Made by a program: the position numbers and the translations under genes. Of a DNA stretch of 64,000 nt, positions 1-8,579 are shown piece after piece. Location: NCBI GenBank assembly GCA_963667715.1, contig OY763926.1, positions 213,486-277,485 on the forward strand, in the 5' to 3' direction. Source of the stretch: Sedimentisphaerales bacterium (GTDB lineage: Bacteria > Planctomycetota > Phycisphaerae > Sedimentisphaerales > SM23-30). The notes below the pieces were generated by a model. That model made no database searches and was not told where the DNA came from. It saw only the letters and a program-made list of their open reading frames with translations. The first letter of the stretch is position 1. The number at the start of each line of letters is the position of its first letter.

Positions 1-1
1 T

Positions 2-121
2 AGTGTTTTGCTTGTCGAAACTAATAAAATAATTAGACAATATGAATTGAAAGATAAAGATTTATCAGAACTCAAAAAATCAATCTTACAGAAAGCATTT
101 AGCGGTGAGTTAACTAAGTAG
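2..121 (+). pseudogene. hsdS: hsdS-like 3'-terminal fragment (SVLLVETNKIIRQYELKDKDLSELKKSILQKAFSGELTK*). Further copies end at ~355, ~589, 1577, ~1809 (frameshifted) and ~2042. The first copy could be the genuine end of an hsdS lying upstream of the window
   Basis: The translation ends in the ...LKKSILQKAFSGEL motif typical of the conserved C-terminal helix of type I specificity subunits. The fragment lies immediately upstream of hsdR. Its stop TAG lies inside the REP flank TAAGTAG. Confidence 0.5.
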
Positions 122-227
122 GACAAGCAAGATGCTTGTCAATTAATGAGTCTCGACGAAGTCGACACAATATTTGCCAGCATTTGCTGACAACACAAAA
201 AGTCAAGCAGGATGCTTGACCTACTTA
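115..227 (+). mobile_element. REP doublet (REPIN-like). Other copies at 349-461, 583-695, 1336-1448, ~1571-1683, ~1803-1915 and ~2036-2148
   Basis: TAAGTAG-GACAAGC-aagat-GCTTGTC ... GTCAAGC-aggat-GCTTGAC-CTACTTA. The two arms are reverse complements of each other. Two further hairpins lie in the spacer (TCGACgaaGTCGA and TTGTCAGCAttTGCTGACAA). Confidence 0.7.
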
Positions 228-713
228 TGAGAATTAGTGTTTTGCTTGTCGAAACTAATAAAATAATTAGACAATATGAATTGAAAGATAAAGATTTATC
301 AGAACTCAAAAAATCAATCTTACAGAAAGCATTTAGCGGAGAGTTAACTAAGTAGGACAAGCAGGATGCTTGACAATTAATAAGTTTCGACGAAGTCTGC
401 ACAATGTTTGTCAGCATTTGTTGACAATATAAAAAGTCAAGCAGGATGCTTGACCTACTTATGAGAATTAGTGTTTTGCTTGTCGAAACTAATAAAATAA
501 TTAGACAATATGAATTGAAAGATAAAGATTTATCAGAACTCAAAAAATCCATCTTACAGAAAGCATTTAGCGGAGAGTTAACTAAGTAGGACAAGCAAGA
601 TGCTTGTCAATTAATGAGTCTCGACGAAGTCGACACAATATTTGTCAGCATTTGCTGACAACGTAAAGAGTCAAGCAGGATGCTTGACCTACTTATGAAA
701 CCAAATTAACTAT

Positions 714-1331
714 ATGAATAATATATTTTACAATCCGGAGCTAAAGACAGACAGAAGCAGGCGGCATCTGCCGCACTGGCAGCAGGACGAGAAGCTGTAT
801 TTTGTTACTTTTCGATTAGCTGATTCAATACCGGCAGATGAACTGGCCCGGCTTGTAAAATTGCAGGAAGAATTTGAGCTTAACAATGTCAGGCCGTTCA
901 CTCCTGAGCAGGAGAAGCAATATTGTTATCTTTTCTACGAACAGATTAATAATTGGCTGGATAATTGTTACGGTGAATGTCTGTTGGAAAGAAGTGAAAA
1001 TGCTCAGATAGTAAAAAATGCTTTGGAGTATTTTGATGGTAAAAGATATCGGTTGGACCATTGGGTTATTATGCCCAACCACTTACACGTTATTCTTTTA
1101 TTAAATGAAGGAATAAACATTGGCGATATTACCCATAGCTGGAAATCGTATACTGGATTGCAGATTAACAAGCGAGAGGGCAGGACTGGCCCATTATGGC
1201 AGCATGAGTCATTTGACCATATAATCCGAAGTGACTTTTATCTTAATAAATATCGAGATTATATAATCGCAAACAAAATGAAAGCAAACAAAGCATTATT
1301 AAGTAGGTCAACCATCCTGGTTGACTCATAA
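714..1331 (+). CDS. REP-associated tyrosine transposase (RAYT) / IS200-like Y1 HUH transposase
   Basis: 205-aa ORF with an RRHLPHW N-terminal motif and an HUH motif in WVIMPNHLHVILL. It has a WQHESFDHIIR block and a C-terminal tyrosine motif, RDYIIANKMKA (compare YIxxNP of E. coli RayT). It is flanked by inverted REPs at 670-695 and 1336-1360. Confidence 0.8.
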   Translation: MNNIFYNPELKTDRSRRHLPHWQQDEKLYFVTFRLADSIPADELARLVKLQEEFELNNVRPFTPEQEKQYCYLFYEQINNWLDNCYGECLLERSENAQIVKNALEYFDGKRYRLDHWVIMPNHLHVILLLNEGINIGDITHSWKSYTGLQINKREGRTGPLWQHESFDHIIRSDFYLNKYRDYIIANKMKANKALLSRSTILVDS

Positions 1332-2167
1332 TTTATAAGTAGGACAAGCATCCTGCTTGTTAATCAATAAGTCTCGATGAAGTCGACACAATATTTGTCA
1401 GCATTTGTTGACAATATAAAAAGTCAAGCAAGATGCTTGACCTACTTATTTAGAATTAGTGTTTTGCTTGTCGAAACTAATAAAATAATTAGACAATATG
1501 AATTGAAAGATAAAGATTTATCAGAACTCAAAAAATCAATCTTACAGAAAGCATTTAGCGGTGAGTTAACTAAGTAGGACAAGCAAGATGCTTGTCAATT
1601 AATGAGTCTCGACGAAGTCGACACAATATTTGTCAGCATTTGTTGACAATATAAAAAGTCAAGCAAGATGCTTGACCTACTTATGAGAATTAGTGTTTTG
1701 CTTGTCGAAACTAATAAATAATTAGACAATATGAATTGAAAGTTAAATATTTATCCGAACTCAAAAAATCCATCTTACAGAAGCATTTAGCGGAGAATTA
1801 ACTAAGTAGGACAAGCAGGATGCTTGTCAATTAATAAGTTTCGACGAAGTCTGCACAATATTTGTCAGCATTTGTTGACAATATAAAAAGTCAAGCAAGA
1901 TGCTTGACCTACTTATGAGAATTAGTGTTTTGCTTGTCGAAACTAATAAATAATTAGACAATATGAATTGAAAGTTAAATATTTATCCGAACCAAAGAAT
2001 ACAATTTTACAGAAAGCATTTAGCGGTGAATTAACTAAGTAGGACAAGCATCCTGCTTGTCAATTAATAAGTCTCGACGAAGTCGGCACAATGTTTATCA
2101 GTATTTGTTGACAATATAAAAAGTCAAGCAGGATGCTTGACCTACTTATTTAGAATTAGGAAATGAT

Positions 2168-4546
2168 ATGAATGAGGCACAGACAAGGCATGATCTAATA
2201 GACCCGGCGTTGAAGGCTGCTGGTTGGGGAGTAGTTGAAGGCAGCCGTATTCGGGTGGAATATCCGATTACACAGGGGAGGCTGATCGGCCATGGCAGGC
2301 GAGCCAAGCCGTTGAGTGCTGACTATGTGTTGCAATATCGTAACCGTAACCTTGCAGTGGTTGAGGCTAAGAGCGACGAGGAAGGGTATAATGAGGGAGT
2401 TGGGCAGGCTAAGGATTATGCTGACCGTCTGAATATTCGCTTTACATATTCAACTAATGGTCTGGCGATTTACGGTATAGATATGGAGGAAGGTTTAGAA
2501 GGGATAGTTGCGAAATTTCCTGGTCCGGATGAATTATGGCAGATGACCTGGCCTGAGCCGGAGAGTGTGCTGGATATAGATAAGGCGAAGTGGCGTGAAA
2601 AGCTTTTTGCTGTGCCGTTTGAAGATAGGAGCGGTACCTGGCAGCCGAGATATTATCAGGAGAACGCTATTACCAAGGCCCTGGAAGCTGTTGCAGATGA
2701 TAAAAGACGTATTTTGCTGACATTGGCAACTGGTACCGGTAAGACAGCTATCGCCTTTCAGATAGCATGGAAGCTGTTTCACGCTAAATGGAACCTGAAA
2801 CGGGACGGGCAGCGAAGTCCCCGGATACTATTTCTGGCAGATAGGAATATATTGGCTGATCAGGCGTTTAACGCATTTAATGCCTTTGAAGAAGATGCAC
2901 TGGTAAGGATTGCACCGGATGAGATCAGGAAAAAGGGGAAAGTACCTAAAAACGGCAGCATATTCTTTACAATTTTCCAGACGTTTATGAGCGGGCCGGA
3001 AGATACGCCATATTTTGGTGAGTATCCAAAAGATTTCTTCGATTTAATTATTATAGATGAGTGTCATCGTGGTGGTGCTAATGATGAAAGTTCGTGGCGC
3101 GGAATTATGGATTATTTCAGTCCGGCGGTACAGCTTGGCCTGACGGCGACCCCTAAACGAGATGTTAATATTGACACTTATAAGTATTTCGGTGATCCGG
3201 TATATATCTATTCTCTGAAAAACGGTATTAACGATGGTTTTCTTACACCGTTTAAGGTCAAAGAGGTCGCTACCACTGGGGATGAGTATATCTATACCTC
3301 TGACGATACGATTATTGAAGGTGATATTGAAGAGGGCCGTACTTATACGATAGAAGAGCAGAATCGGATAATTGAGCTGATGGATGTTGAGCGTTTCAGA
3401 GTTCAGCAGTTTATGAAGATCATTAATCAGAGCCAGAAAACCCTGGTATTTTGTGCAACACAGCGTCATGCAGCGGCTGTGCGTGATCTTATCAATCAGA
3501 TTTCGACAAGCAGCAGTCCAAACTACTGTCATCGGGTAACCGCAGATGATGGTTCAATCGGTGAACAGCATTTAAGGGATTTTCAGGATAATGAAAAGAG
3601 TATACCAACGGTTCTGACAACTTCTCAGAAGCTTAGTACCGGTGTGGATGCCCCTGAGATACGTAATATCGTATTGCTGCGGCCAATTAACTCTATGGTA
3701 GAGTTTAAGCAGATCGTTGGCCGGGGGACGAGGCTGTTTGACGGTAAGGACTATTTTACCATCTTTGATTTCGTAAGAGCTCATGAGCATTTTAAAGATC
3801 CAGCCTGGGATGGTGAGCCGATCGATCCGGAACCGGCTGGGCCGGCAGAACCGAAACTGTGTAAGGTTTGTGGTCAGTGTCCGTGTATATGTCCAAAGCC
3901 GGAACCGGAGCTATGTCCGGATTGCGGGCAGTGGCCTTGTGTATGTGATAAGCCGTCAAAGAAAATGGTGCGTGTGAAGCTCTCTGACAGTAAGGTTCGT
4001 GAACTTGACTGTATGATAAAAACCAGCTTTTGGGACCCTACCGGTAAGCCAATATCAGCGGAAGAATTTATAAGAAAGCTGTTTGGTGATATACCAGCTA
4101 TGTTTGGTAATGAAGATGAGCTTAGAAAGATTTGGAGTCTGCCGGATACCAGAAGAAAACTGCTGGATGAGCTTAGCGAAAAAGGATATACCAGCGAACA
4201 GTTGTCAGATTTGAGTAAACTGGTCCATGGCGAGGATTGTGACCTGTATGATGTGCTGGCTTATGTGGCCTACCATAGAGATTTGGTGCCGAGACTGGAA
4301 CGAGCTGAGCGGGCTAAAATACATTTGGATTCTTATGATGTAAAACAACAGGAGTTTCTAAACTTCGTTTTGGAACAATATGTAAAAGTTGGTGTTGAAG
4401 AGCTTGATGAGGCTAAGTTGCCAGCACTGTTAGAACTTAAATATCGTGCTATTGCAGATGCAAAAACTGAATTGGGAGATATTAAAACGATACGAGAAAC
4501 GTTTATTGGATTTCAGGAGTATTTGTATTGGGTGAATGCGATGTAG
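2168..4546 (+). CDS. hsdR: Type I restriction enzyme R subunit (EcoEI/PRK11448-like)
   Basis: 792 aa. The N-terminal nuclease-type region reads EAQTRHDLIDPALKAAGW...DYVL...VVEAKS. SF2 helicase motifs are present: YYQENAI, ATGTGKT, DECHR, TATP. The C-terminus is EcoEI_R_C-like. A Cys-rich insert lies at about aa 565-595. Confidence 0.9.
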   Translation: MNEAQTRHDLIDPALKAAGWGVVEGSRIRVEYPITQGRLIGHGRRAKPLSADYVLQYRNRNLAVVEAKSDEEGYNEGVGQAKDYADRLNIRFTYSTNGLAIYGIDMEEGLEGIVAKFPGPDELWQMTWPEPESVLDIDKAKWREKLFAVPFEDRSGTWQPRYYQENAITKALEAVADDKRRILLTLATGTGKTAIAFQIAWKLFHAKWNLKRDGQRSPRILFLADRNILADQAFNAFNAFEEDALVRIAPDEIRKKGKVPKNGSIFFTIFQTFMSGPEDTPYFGEYPKDFFDLIIIDECHRGGANDESSWRGIMDYFSPAVQLGLTATPKRDVNIDTYKYFGDPVYIYSLKNGINDGFLTPFKVKEVATTGDEYIYTSDDTIIEGDIEEGRTYTIEEQNRIIELMDVERFRVQQFMKIINQSQKTLVFCATQRHAAAVRDLINQISTSSSPNYCHRVTADDGSIGEQHLRDFQDNEKSIPTVLTTSQKLSTGVDAPEIRNIVLLRPINSMVEFKQIVGRGTRLFDGKDYFTIFDFVRAHEHFKDPAWDGEPIDPEPAGPAEPKLCKVCGQCPCICPKPEPELCPDCGQWPCVCDKPSKKMVRVKLSDSKVRELDCMIKTSFWDPTGKPISAEEFIRKLFGDIPAMFGNEDELRKIWSLPDTRRKLLDELSEKGYTSEQLSDLSKLVHGEDCDLYDVLAYVAYHRDLVPRLERAERAKIHLDSYDVKQQEFLNFVLEQYVKVGVEELDEAKLPALLELKYRAIADAKTELGDIKTIRETFIGFQEYLYWVNAM

Positions 4547-5129
4547 GTTTGATGATGTTTTTTTATAGACGGGATAACTGCCCGGGTACGGGCTGGATTT
4601 TGGAGCCAGCTCCGATTTGTCGGAGACAGATTATGTTTGGTTTAAATATGTTTGGTAATGTTATACCTTCCTGGGCTTCGGGGGAGGAGAAGATTTTTTA
4701 TCCACAGATTTATTGTAATGGGTTCGCTGGGGCGAACAGGTGGTTGATTAATTGGCACAGATTTAAGAAGAATAATTTAGAAGAGGATTTCACGCAAAGA
4801 CGCGAGGTGCTTCGCACCCGCAAAGGAAGAAGAAGATTGCTAGGATGCGAGGATTATCAGGATAAGAAGAAGAGGAAGAGTTATTTCTCGCAGAGCTCGC
4901 GGAGGCGCAGAGGGAAGGAAATTTAATAATAAGAGTTTTAACGCGATGGTACTGAGAGTTGGTTGGCAGGTGTGGGTGTTAGTGAGTTTATGATTTGGTT
5001 GGAAAGTAAGGAAGAAGACTTAAGAATCCCGACGTGTATCGGGAAACTCTTGCGCGGGGAGATGGTTGGGCGAGGCTTATTAATCAAACTGAAGTTTGTA
5101 CTCTTAAAGCTTCGCGTTTTCTTTTTCCT
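4547..5129 (+). repeat. Mosaic intergenic cluster C1 (modules M1, a, f, g, h, j)
   Basis: Module a (CCACAGATT..GGTTCGC-n-GCGAAC..TTGATTAATT..CACAGATTTAAGAAG) is at 4701-4770. Module j (GGAAAGTAAGGAAGAAGACTTAAGAATCCCGACGTGTATCGGGAAACTCTTGCGCG) is at 5001-5056. Confidence 0.85.
4556..4699 (+). repeat. M1 element copy A (long form); candidate structured RNA/ssDNA element
   Basis: GGGATAAC, then hairpin GCCCGggtaCGGGC, then CTGGATTTT. Overlapping hairpins follow (GGAGCcaGCTCC and CTCCGAtttgTCGGAG), then CAGATT. The terminal hairpin is CCTTCC..GGGAGG followed by T6. Confidence 0.6.
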
Positions 5130-6632
5130 TTATGGGATAGTTATTATGTTTGTGGTGGAAGGGGTTGGGGTTGGCAGGTTGGATTTGCAATGTGGGCATT
5201 GGTTTTTGTTTAGCCATCTGCTTTTGCCGCAGTTGTGGCATATTGTTAGTGGGTAGTGGTTGAAGATGAGGTATGTTGCCAGTCCGGCGATATTGAATGA
5301 GTAGATCAGTATTGCCCAGCCGGCGGTTTTGATGATAGATCTTTGTCGGTTGCGAGTGTGGGCCAGCATAATAAAAACGCATATGACAGAGGCGGCGCGG
5401 AGGTACCATAGTGTCCAGAACGGTAGAACGGTGCCGGGTAAGTTGTGAGAGTTTATGGGGAGAATGAGATAGCCGGGTATGGTAGCGAAAAAGTAAGGTT
5501 GTATGTTGGCAGGTGATCTGCGGGTCCATAGTTTGTTATATTGGTGTATTAGCTGGGCAGAGCGTAAGTCGCCGGAGAGCTTATATAGTCGGTGCGGGTT
5601 TTTGCTGACAATATTGGTAGTGCGGCCGAGCTCTTTATTGGTTATGTATTTTATGATTAGTTCGTCGGATTCCTGTGGGGTGATGCCGCACTTGAATCTT
5701 GGGTCTTCGATGGTATTGATGTAGATGTTTTTGCGGTTTATGTCAGTGTATAGATTGTATGCCTGCTGGCTGTAGTCGATGTTGTCGAGGGCGATGTGGG
5801 TTATGATGGGCTGGGTGTTGGTGAGTTTAACAAAAGCCGGAGATATGTCATTGTAAACAACAAATAATCTGTCGGGAACGTGTATTGACTCTTTTTTGAC
5901 ATTGTCAGCGGTGAAGATCTGCCAGTCGATGATCTTGCTGGTTAGGCTGGCGGGAGTGAGCTGTATACGCTCTCTGGTGCTGAAGTCTGTCTGGTATATG
6001 CTTTTTCCGTCGCAGCTGAGCATGAGCATATGTCTTTTGTTGTTCTGGTCTTTTATCGCCCAGAAATATTTTTCGTTCATACTGAATCTGCCGGCGTCGG
6101 CTGAGTTGGCGGCGAAGCCGTTTATGCCGTAGTGGCCTACAATTTGTTTGTCCAGATATCCGGTAAGGGTCTGGTCATTATCGTTATAGCACCAGATGAC
6201 GATACCGTTTTCGGTTTCAGTTGGTATGAGTTTTTCGTCCAGGGTGTTGCCATTGTATTGGTAGCCGCCCGCCATGATTCTGTACTTGCGCTCTGGTGCG
6301 GAGTATTGGAGTATGTCGGCGTCGGTTAGGTGGTCTACAGGTGATAAGGTGTCCTGCTGTGGGTCGTATATTTCGTAGGTGTTTTTGTTGTCTAGCATTT
6401 CTGAGATAAGCAGCTGGCCGGTGGTTGTATAGCCGATTTGTGAGCAGGAAACCTTCCACTGGTTCTCAGTGATATCTATTAGTGGCGATAGTGCCTTATG
6501 TGATGGTGGGCTATAGCGATAGCCAGTGTAGTTTGCAATAATGATTATGCAAATACAAATGATGATGTATATAGCTATTGAGAATATAAGGTTTCGACAT
6601 ATAACGCTGTAGTATTTTAATATGTTAAACAT
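5130..6632 (-). CDS. Hypothetical membrane protein: N-terminal TM anchor, large extracytoplasmic domain, C-terminal TM bundle and CxxC..CxxC zinc ribbon
   Basis: Long ORF. I moved the start from the track's TTG (6653) to ATG 6632 (MFNILKYY...). The C-terminus reads ICHNCGKSRWLNKNQCPHCKS. It is the last gene of the gntR/ABC cassette. Confidence 0.6.
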   Translation of the reverse strand: MFNILKYYSVICRNLIFSIAIYIIICICIIIIANYTGYRYSPPSHKALSPLIDITENQWKVSCSQIGYTTTGQLLISEMLDNKNTYEIYDPQQDTLSPVDHLTDADILQYSAPERKYRIMAGGYQYNGNTLDEKLIPTETENGIVIWCYNDNDQTLTGYLDKQIVGHYGINGFAANSADAGRFSMNEKYFWAIKDQNNKRHMLMLSCDGKSIYQTDFSTRERIQLTPASLTSKIIDWQIFTADNVKKESIHVPDRLFVVYNDISPAFVKLTNTQPIITHIALDNIDYSQQAYNLYTDINRKNIYINTIEDPRFKCGITPQESDELIIKYITNKELGRTTNIVSKNPHRLYKLSGDLRSAQLIHQYNKLWTRRSPANIQPYFFATIPGYLILPINSHNLPGTVLPFWTLWYLRAASVICVFIMLAHTRNRQRSIIKTAGWAILIYSFNIAGLATYLIFNHYPLTICHNCGKSRWLNKNQCPHCKSNLPTPTPSTTNIITIP

Positions 6633-6648
6633 GTTAGTCTCTACTTTG

Positions 6649-6700
6649 CTCAAACTGAGTGTTGGTGAGTTTGAGATGATTTAATGATTAGTTGAATCAG
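6649..6700 (+). repeat. Solo left-end fragment of the X (CTCAAACTG) element
   Basis: CTCAAACTGagtgttggtGAGTTTGAG followed by TTAATGATTAGTTGAATCAG. This matches the left part of X1/X2. Confidence 0.5.
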
Positions 6701-6716
6701 CCTGGTCAGGTTGGTG

Positions 6717-7409
6717 TTAGTATTCTCTTGTTTTTAGTTCTTGCAGAATGATCGGGATGGTCATTATCAGCCATGCGAGAAAGTATGCTGCCTTTATTGT
6801 ATTGCTTTGAGAGTTGTGTATTACTACTGTGGAGAATAGTACCATGGTCGCGGGTATGGCTCTTATGAATCGGTTTTTTGCGAGTAGGCCCATAATTGCG
6901 GTTGCGGTATAGCATACCAGCGGCATAAGGCTATAGAGCAGGCCCCAGAGATAATAGCTGGTGTTGAGTGGTATTGGGATTCGAGCGGCGAGCATGTTGC
7001 AAGCGGCGATCCAGCTGAGTTGGGCGACGATGTAGATTAGCAGCATGGCGGTGAAAGTCATGGTCACGGCCTGTCTGGTTCTTGATATTGGTCGGTACAT
7101 TATGAACTTCCAGTTGCCTTTGAGGCCGGGAAGCCAGAACTGTACGAGTGCTATGAGAACAGCTGCAATTGAGAAGAAAACGATAAGTATTTCGTTAAAG
7201 CCTGATAATTTGGAGACGATGTAACCTGTTAGCCTTAAGTTGTGCTCGGTATCGCCAGTGTAATATTCGAGGATATTGTTCATGTAGTCGTTGATACGGA
7301 AATATCTGCACATGTCCAGGCAATAGAGGTAGAATAATATGCCAGCTGCAATAAGTATGGGTAATATGAAGCGGAGCTCCTTGTTGATTATTGCTATATA
7401 TTTTTTCAT
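6717..7409 (-). CDS. ABC-2-type permease-like polytopic membrane protein
   Basis: 230 aa. It starts MKKYIAIINKELRFILPILIAAG and has about 6 hydrophobic segments. It lies downstream of the ABC ATPase. Confidence 0.6.
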   Translation of the reverse strand: MKKYIAIINKELRFILPILIAAGILFYLYCLDMCRYFRINDYMNNILEYYTGDTEHNLRLTGYIVSKLSGFNEILIVFFSIAAVLIALVQFWLPGLKGNWKFIMYRPISRTRQAVTMTFTAMLLIYIVAQLSWIAACNMLAARIPIPLNTSYYLWGLLYSLMPLVCYTATAIMGLLAKNRFIRAIPATMVLFSTVVIHNSQSNTIKAAYFLAWLIMTIPIILQELKTREY

Positions 7410-7433
7410 GGCGATCGTCCTTGTTGGGTATTG

Positions 7434-7460
7434 CTCAAACTGTCCGATGGTGAGTTTGGG
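7434..7460 (+). repeat. Solo X-type hairpin
   Basis: CTCAAACTGtccgatggtGAGTTTGGG, just upstream of the 6717-7409 start codon. Confidence 0.45.
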
Positions 7461-7624
7461 TGTTATACATTTTTTATTGAAAGTCTACTATAAGGCTGAT
7501 TATTCCTTTTATAAGGAAGAAGACTAAAGAACCGGCTAATCGAGCCTATGGTTAAAAGATAAAGTCTAAATTTTTTGTAACTTTCATTTTATAATTCTTG
7601 TTACGTTTTGCAATGTAAGGCTAT

Positions 7625-7654
7625 GAATCACAAGCAAGATGCTTGTGCTACTTA
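7625..7654 (-). repeat. Class-1 REP S1
   Basis: GAATCACAAGCaagatGCTTGTGCTACTTA; on the minus strand this reads TAAGTAG-CACAAGC...GCTTGTG. It lies 1 nt from the stop of the ABC ATPase gene. Confidence 0.75.
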
Positions 7655-7655
7655 A

Positions 7656-8579
7656 TTAGGTTTCCCATGAGAATAGTTTTCTTTTGGTTGGCGAAATTGT
7701 GTATTCGATGAATTGGTCTTCCAGTGTCATTTGTGCTTCTGAATGGAGCTGTGCATTGTTGGTTGAGCACCAGTTATTGAGCGTGTCGTCGGAAACAGAT
7801 ACCAGTACAGCCTCAATCATATTGCCGTCCTTTCGACAATGGAGCATGCCGGGAATTTGTACTTCGTTTTCTGGAGTCTGGTTGAATTTTAGGACGACTT
7901 TTCTTACAGCGTTGCGGAATTCTTCCATAGTGCAGCGGGCACGCAGCTGGCCGTTATCGAGAATGGCTATGTTGTCAGCTACGCGTTCGACGTCGCTGAG
8001 TATATGGCTGGAGAACAGGATAGTTCGTCCTTCACGCTGGATGAGTTTAATTATGCCCTCGAGGAACTGACGTCTGACAACTACATCGAGGCCGAGGGTA
8101 GGGTCGTCCATGATAAGTATTTCGGGGTCTGGCGCGAGTACCATAGCGAGAGAGACCTGGGCCCGCTGGCCGTTAGAAAGTTTTCTGATCTTTTTCTTTT
8201 TCGATAGTTCAAAGAACTCGATCATTTCTTCAAACAGGTTATTATCCCAGCGTTGTGGGTAGAATGCAGCCTGATATTTTCTGAGAGCTTCGATCGACAT
8301 GCTATCGAAAAGTTTGTGTCCTTCGTTAATGTAGCCGATACGTGCGATCAGGTCGGGGGTGAGGTTGTTGCTGTCTTGGCCGTCGATGTAACAGCGGCCG
8401 CTGGTTGGTTTAGCGAATCCGAGCAGCATACGAATGGTAGTGCTTTTGCCTGCACCGTTTCTGCCGAGCAAGCCGAAGATGCTGCCTTTTGGGATCTGTA
8501 AGTTCAGATGATCGACCACTGGGGTAGTGCCGTAATATTTGGTAAGGTTCTGTGTTTCGATTGCGTATTCGCTAGTCAT
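7656..8579 (-). CDS. ABC transporter ATP-binding protein (ABC-2/DrrA-like)
   Basis: Walker A GLLGRNGAGKST, signature LSNGQRAQVSLA, Walker B ILIMDDPTLGLD. The start is set at MTSEYAIE, giving an 8-nt overlap (ATGACTAG) with the gntR stop. Confidence 0.85.
   Translation of the reverse strand: MTSEYAIETQNLTKYYGTTPVVDHLNLQIPKGSIFGLLGRNGAGKSTTIRMLLGFAKPTSGRCYIDGQDSNNLTPDLIARIGYINEGHKLFDSMSIEALRKYQAAFYPQRWDNNLFEEMIEFFELSKKKKIRKLSNGQRAQVSLAMVLAPDPEILIMDDPTLGLDVVVRRQFLEGIIKLIQREGRTILFSSHILSDVERVADNIAILDNGQLRARCTMEEFRNAVRKVVLKFNQTPENEVQIPGMLHCRKDGNMIEAVLVSVSDDTLNNWCSTNNAQLHSEAQMTLEDQFIEYTISPTKRKLFSWET

Larger units (their letters stand above)
1..2157 (+). repeat. Tandem array of ~234-bp units (unit starts 1, 235, 469, 1457, 1691, 1923); the slot at ~700-1335 is occupied by the RAYT-like ORF
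   Basis: The string TAGTGTTTTGCTTGTCGAAACTAATAAAATAATTAGACAATATGAATTGAAAG recurs with period 234 (232 in the last units, which carry 1-nt deletions). Each unit is a coding-like fragment plus a 113-bp doublet of inverted hairpins. The array stops 10 nt before the hsdR ATG. Confidence 0.9.

Noticed and set aside
139-594. 151-aa minus-strand ORF and the 66-aa ORF at 1377-1577 inside the array
   Set aside because: Both are read-throughs of the tandem repeat, and the protein sequence itself is periodic. The ATG of 1377 exists in only one unit through a point change (CTCGATGAAG versus CTCGACGAAG).
1-2157. Could the regular array be a CRISPR locus?
   Set aside because: The period is 234 bp and the whole unit is repeated. 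There are no unique spacers between short repeats and no cas genes in the window. The units contain a coding fragment and REP hairpins.
4528-5529. ORFs in the track lying in mosaic clusters, for example 4528-4926, 4963-5256, 13382-13925, 15208-15772, 10764-11012, 13004-13240, 27818-28276, 34443-34742 and 49219-49446
   Set aside because: They run through low-complexity repeat modules, lack RBS context, give biased R/G/K or P/S-rich translations, and are not conserved between homologous clusters.
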